Positions 63,201 to 64,000 of a stretch of DNA of 64,000 nucleotides are shown piece after piece; the stretch's first letter is position 1; every line of letters starts with the position of its first letter. Both the position numbers and the translations under genes were made by a program. The notes under the pieces are model-generated. The model saw only the letters and a program-made list of their open reading frames with translations. It was not told the DNA's origin and ran no database searches. The stretch comes from Lama glama. Lineage: Eukaryota. The stretch is from positions 66,156,001 through 66,220,000 of the forward strand of contig CM052816.1 of assembly GCA_028534125.1 (NCBI GenBank), in the 5' to 3' direction.

Positions 63201-64000
63201 CAAACAGGCTTCTGCTTTGCACAGCCCCCAACTTCTCTCTTTCCCTTCACTTAATTTCTGTGACTTTTGGAAGCTGGTTGCCCCATTAAAATCTAATAAA
63301 GCATTAATGTTTTCTTGTCTTCACGAAGCCTGTCTTGCAGAGTGCCAAAGTGAAAATTTATTGCCAATTAGTGGATCACAAACTAAGAAGATGAGAAGTA
63401 AGAATGTGGGTATGCTTGAGATATCCCACATACTCTCTCCTCTACTGTTCATCTTCTAACTTACTAATCATGTATGTGACCTAGTTCCCTGACTTGCAGG
63501 CATTTATCCTCCAAAGACCACTTTGGTTATATGCATCTTTCTCTCTCAATAGCCTTGTTCAATAAACTTAGACTCCATTCTTTCATAGGAAGTATCTGTT
63601 TTTGAAAAGAGAAAAAAATCTTTATCATGATCACCAAAAAAGGGGAAAGTTGACCTCTTAAAACTGTTCTTCCAAATCTGCCATCCGTGTCTGCTACCTC
63701 CTGAGAGTCCTAGCTGTCAACGGTGCTGACTAGTGGTGTGGATGCCATGTTTCCTGATGGGATTGGTTTGCTTGTTATTCAAATGGTCTTCAGGAAATCT
63801 GAGTGTTCCTATGGTTTCCTTTTTCCTCTCCAATTGCTTATGGTGTCTTAAAGTATTTCTGGAACTCTCAGCTCCAAAGAGTATTCTGAGTAATTTAAGC
63901 ATGTTTAACATTAATAGCCTTACAGAATGCAGATATGTCTTAAAAAGTATAAACACTTGGACTGAAAAATATTAGAGATGAAAATTATTTTTTCCTCAAC
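57225..64000 (-). other. Putative long 3' UTR / terminal exon of an unidentified minus-strand gene
   Basis: About 6.8 kb almost devoid of recognisable TEs, versus TE-dense flank; ends at a strong poly(A) site; U-rich on the minus strand; contains ARE, Pumilio and miRNA seed motifs. Gene not recognised. Confidence 0.6.
57242..57247 (-). terminator. Canonical polyadenylation signal AATAAA
   Basis: Minus-strand AATAAA with a U-rich upstream tract, four UGUA motifs (57302, 57315, 57342, 57351) and GU/U-rich downstream sequence (GTCTTGGTCTG, GTTTTTTC). Confidence 0.7.

Noticed and set aside
561..63975. ORF-track entries as protein-coding genes
   Set aside because: All are short, mostly start at non-ATG codons, overlap repeats and show no recognisable non-TE domain; the recognisable ones are L1 ORF2 remnants.
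1..64000. CRISPR arrays, operons or other prokaryotic/viral systems
   Set aside because: No repeat-spacer array and no dense ORFs; ERVs are present only as solo LTRs without gag, pol or env.

Overview
Mammalian genomic DNA, not microbial. It is most likely camelid: a tRNA-Ala-derived vic-1-type SINE with a 14-bp target-site duplication (TSD) is present, and I saw no Alu, Bov-A/tA or PRE-1 elements. I cannot support any intact protein-coding gene. The ORF track is spurious ORFs plus degraded L1 ORF1/ORF2 pieces. Bases 1-55,500 are non-coding and rich in transposable elements (TEs): MLT1/MLT2/LTR16 LTRs, three ERV1-type solo LTRs with clean 4-bp TSDs, a MER21-like LTR, nested L1s, hAT/Tigger DNA elements, MIR and L2. 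Between them lie unique islands with candidate regulatory motifs, including three co-oriented CTCF motifs and a dense MEIS/PBX-HOX motif cluster. Bases ~57,225-64,000 are nearly repeat-free and end at a textbook minus-strand poly(A) site, so they are probably the long 3' UTR of an unidentified minus-strand gene, containing hairpins and miRNA/Pumilio motifs. I found no convincing novel biological system. Repeat subfamily names come from recalled consensus resemblance, and boundaries without TSDs are approximate.
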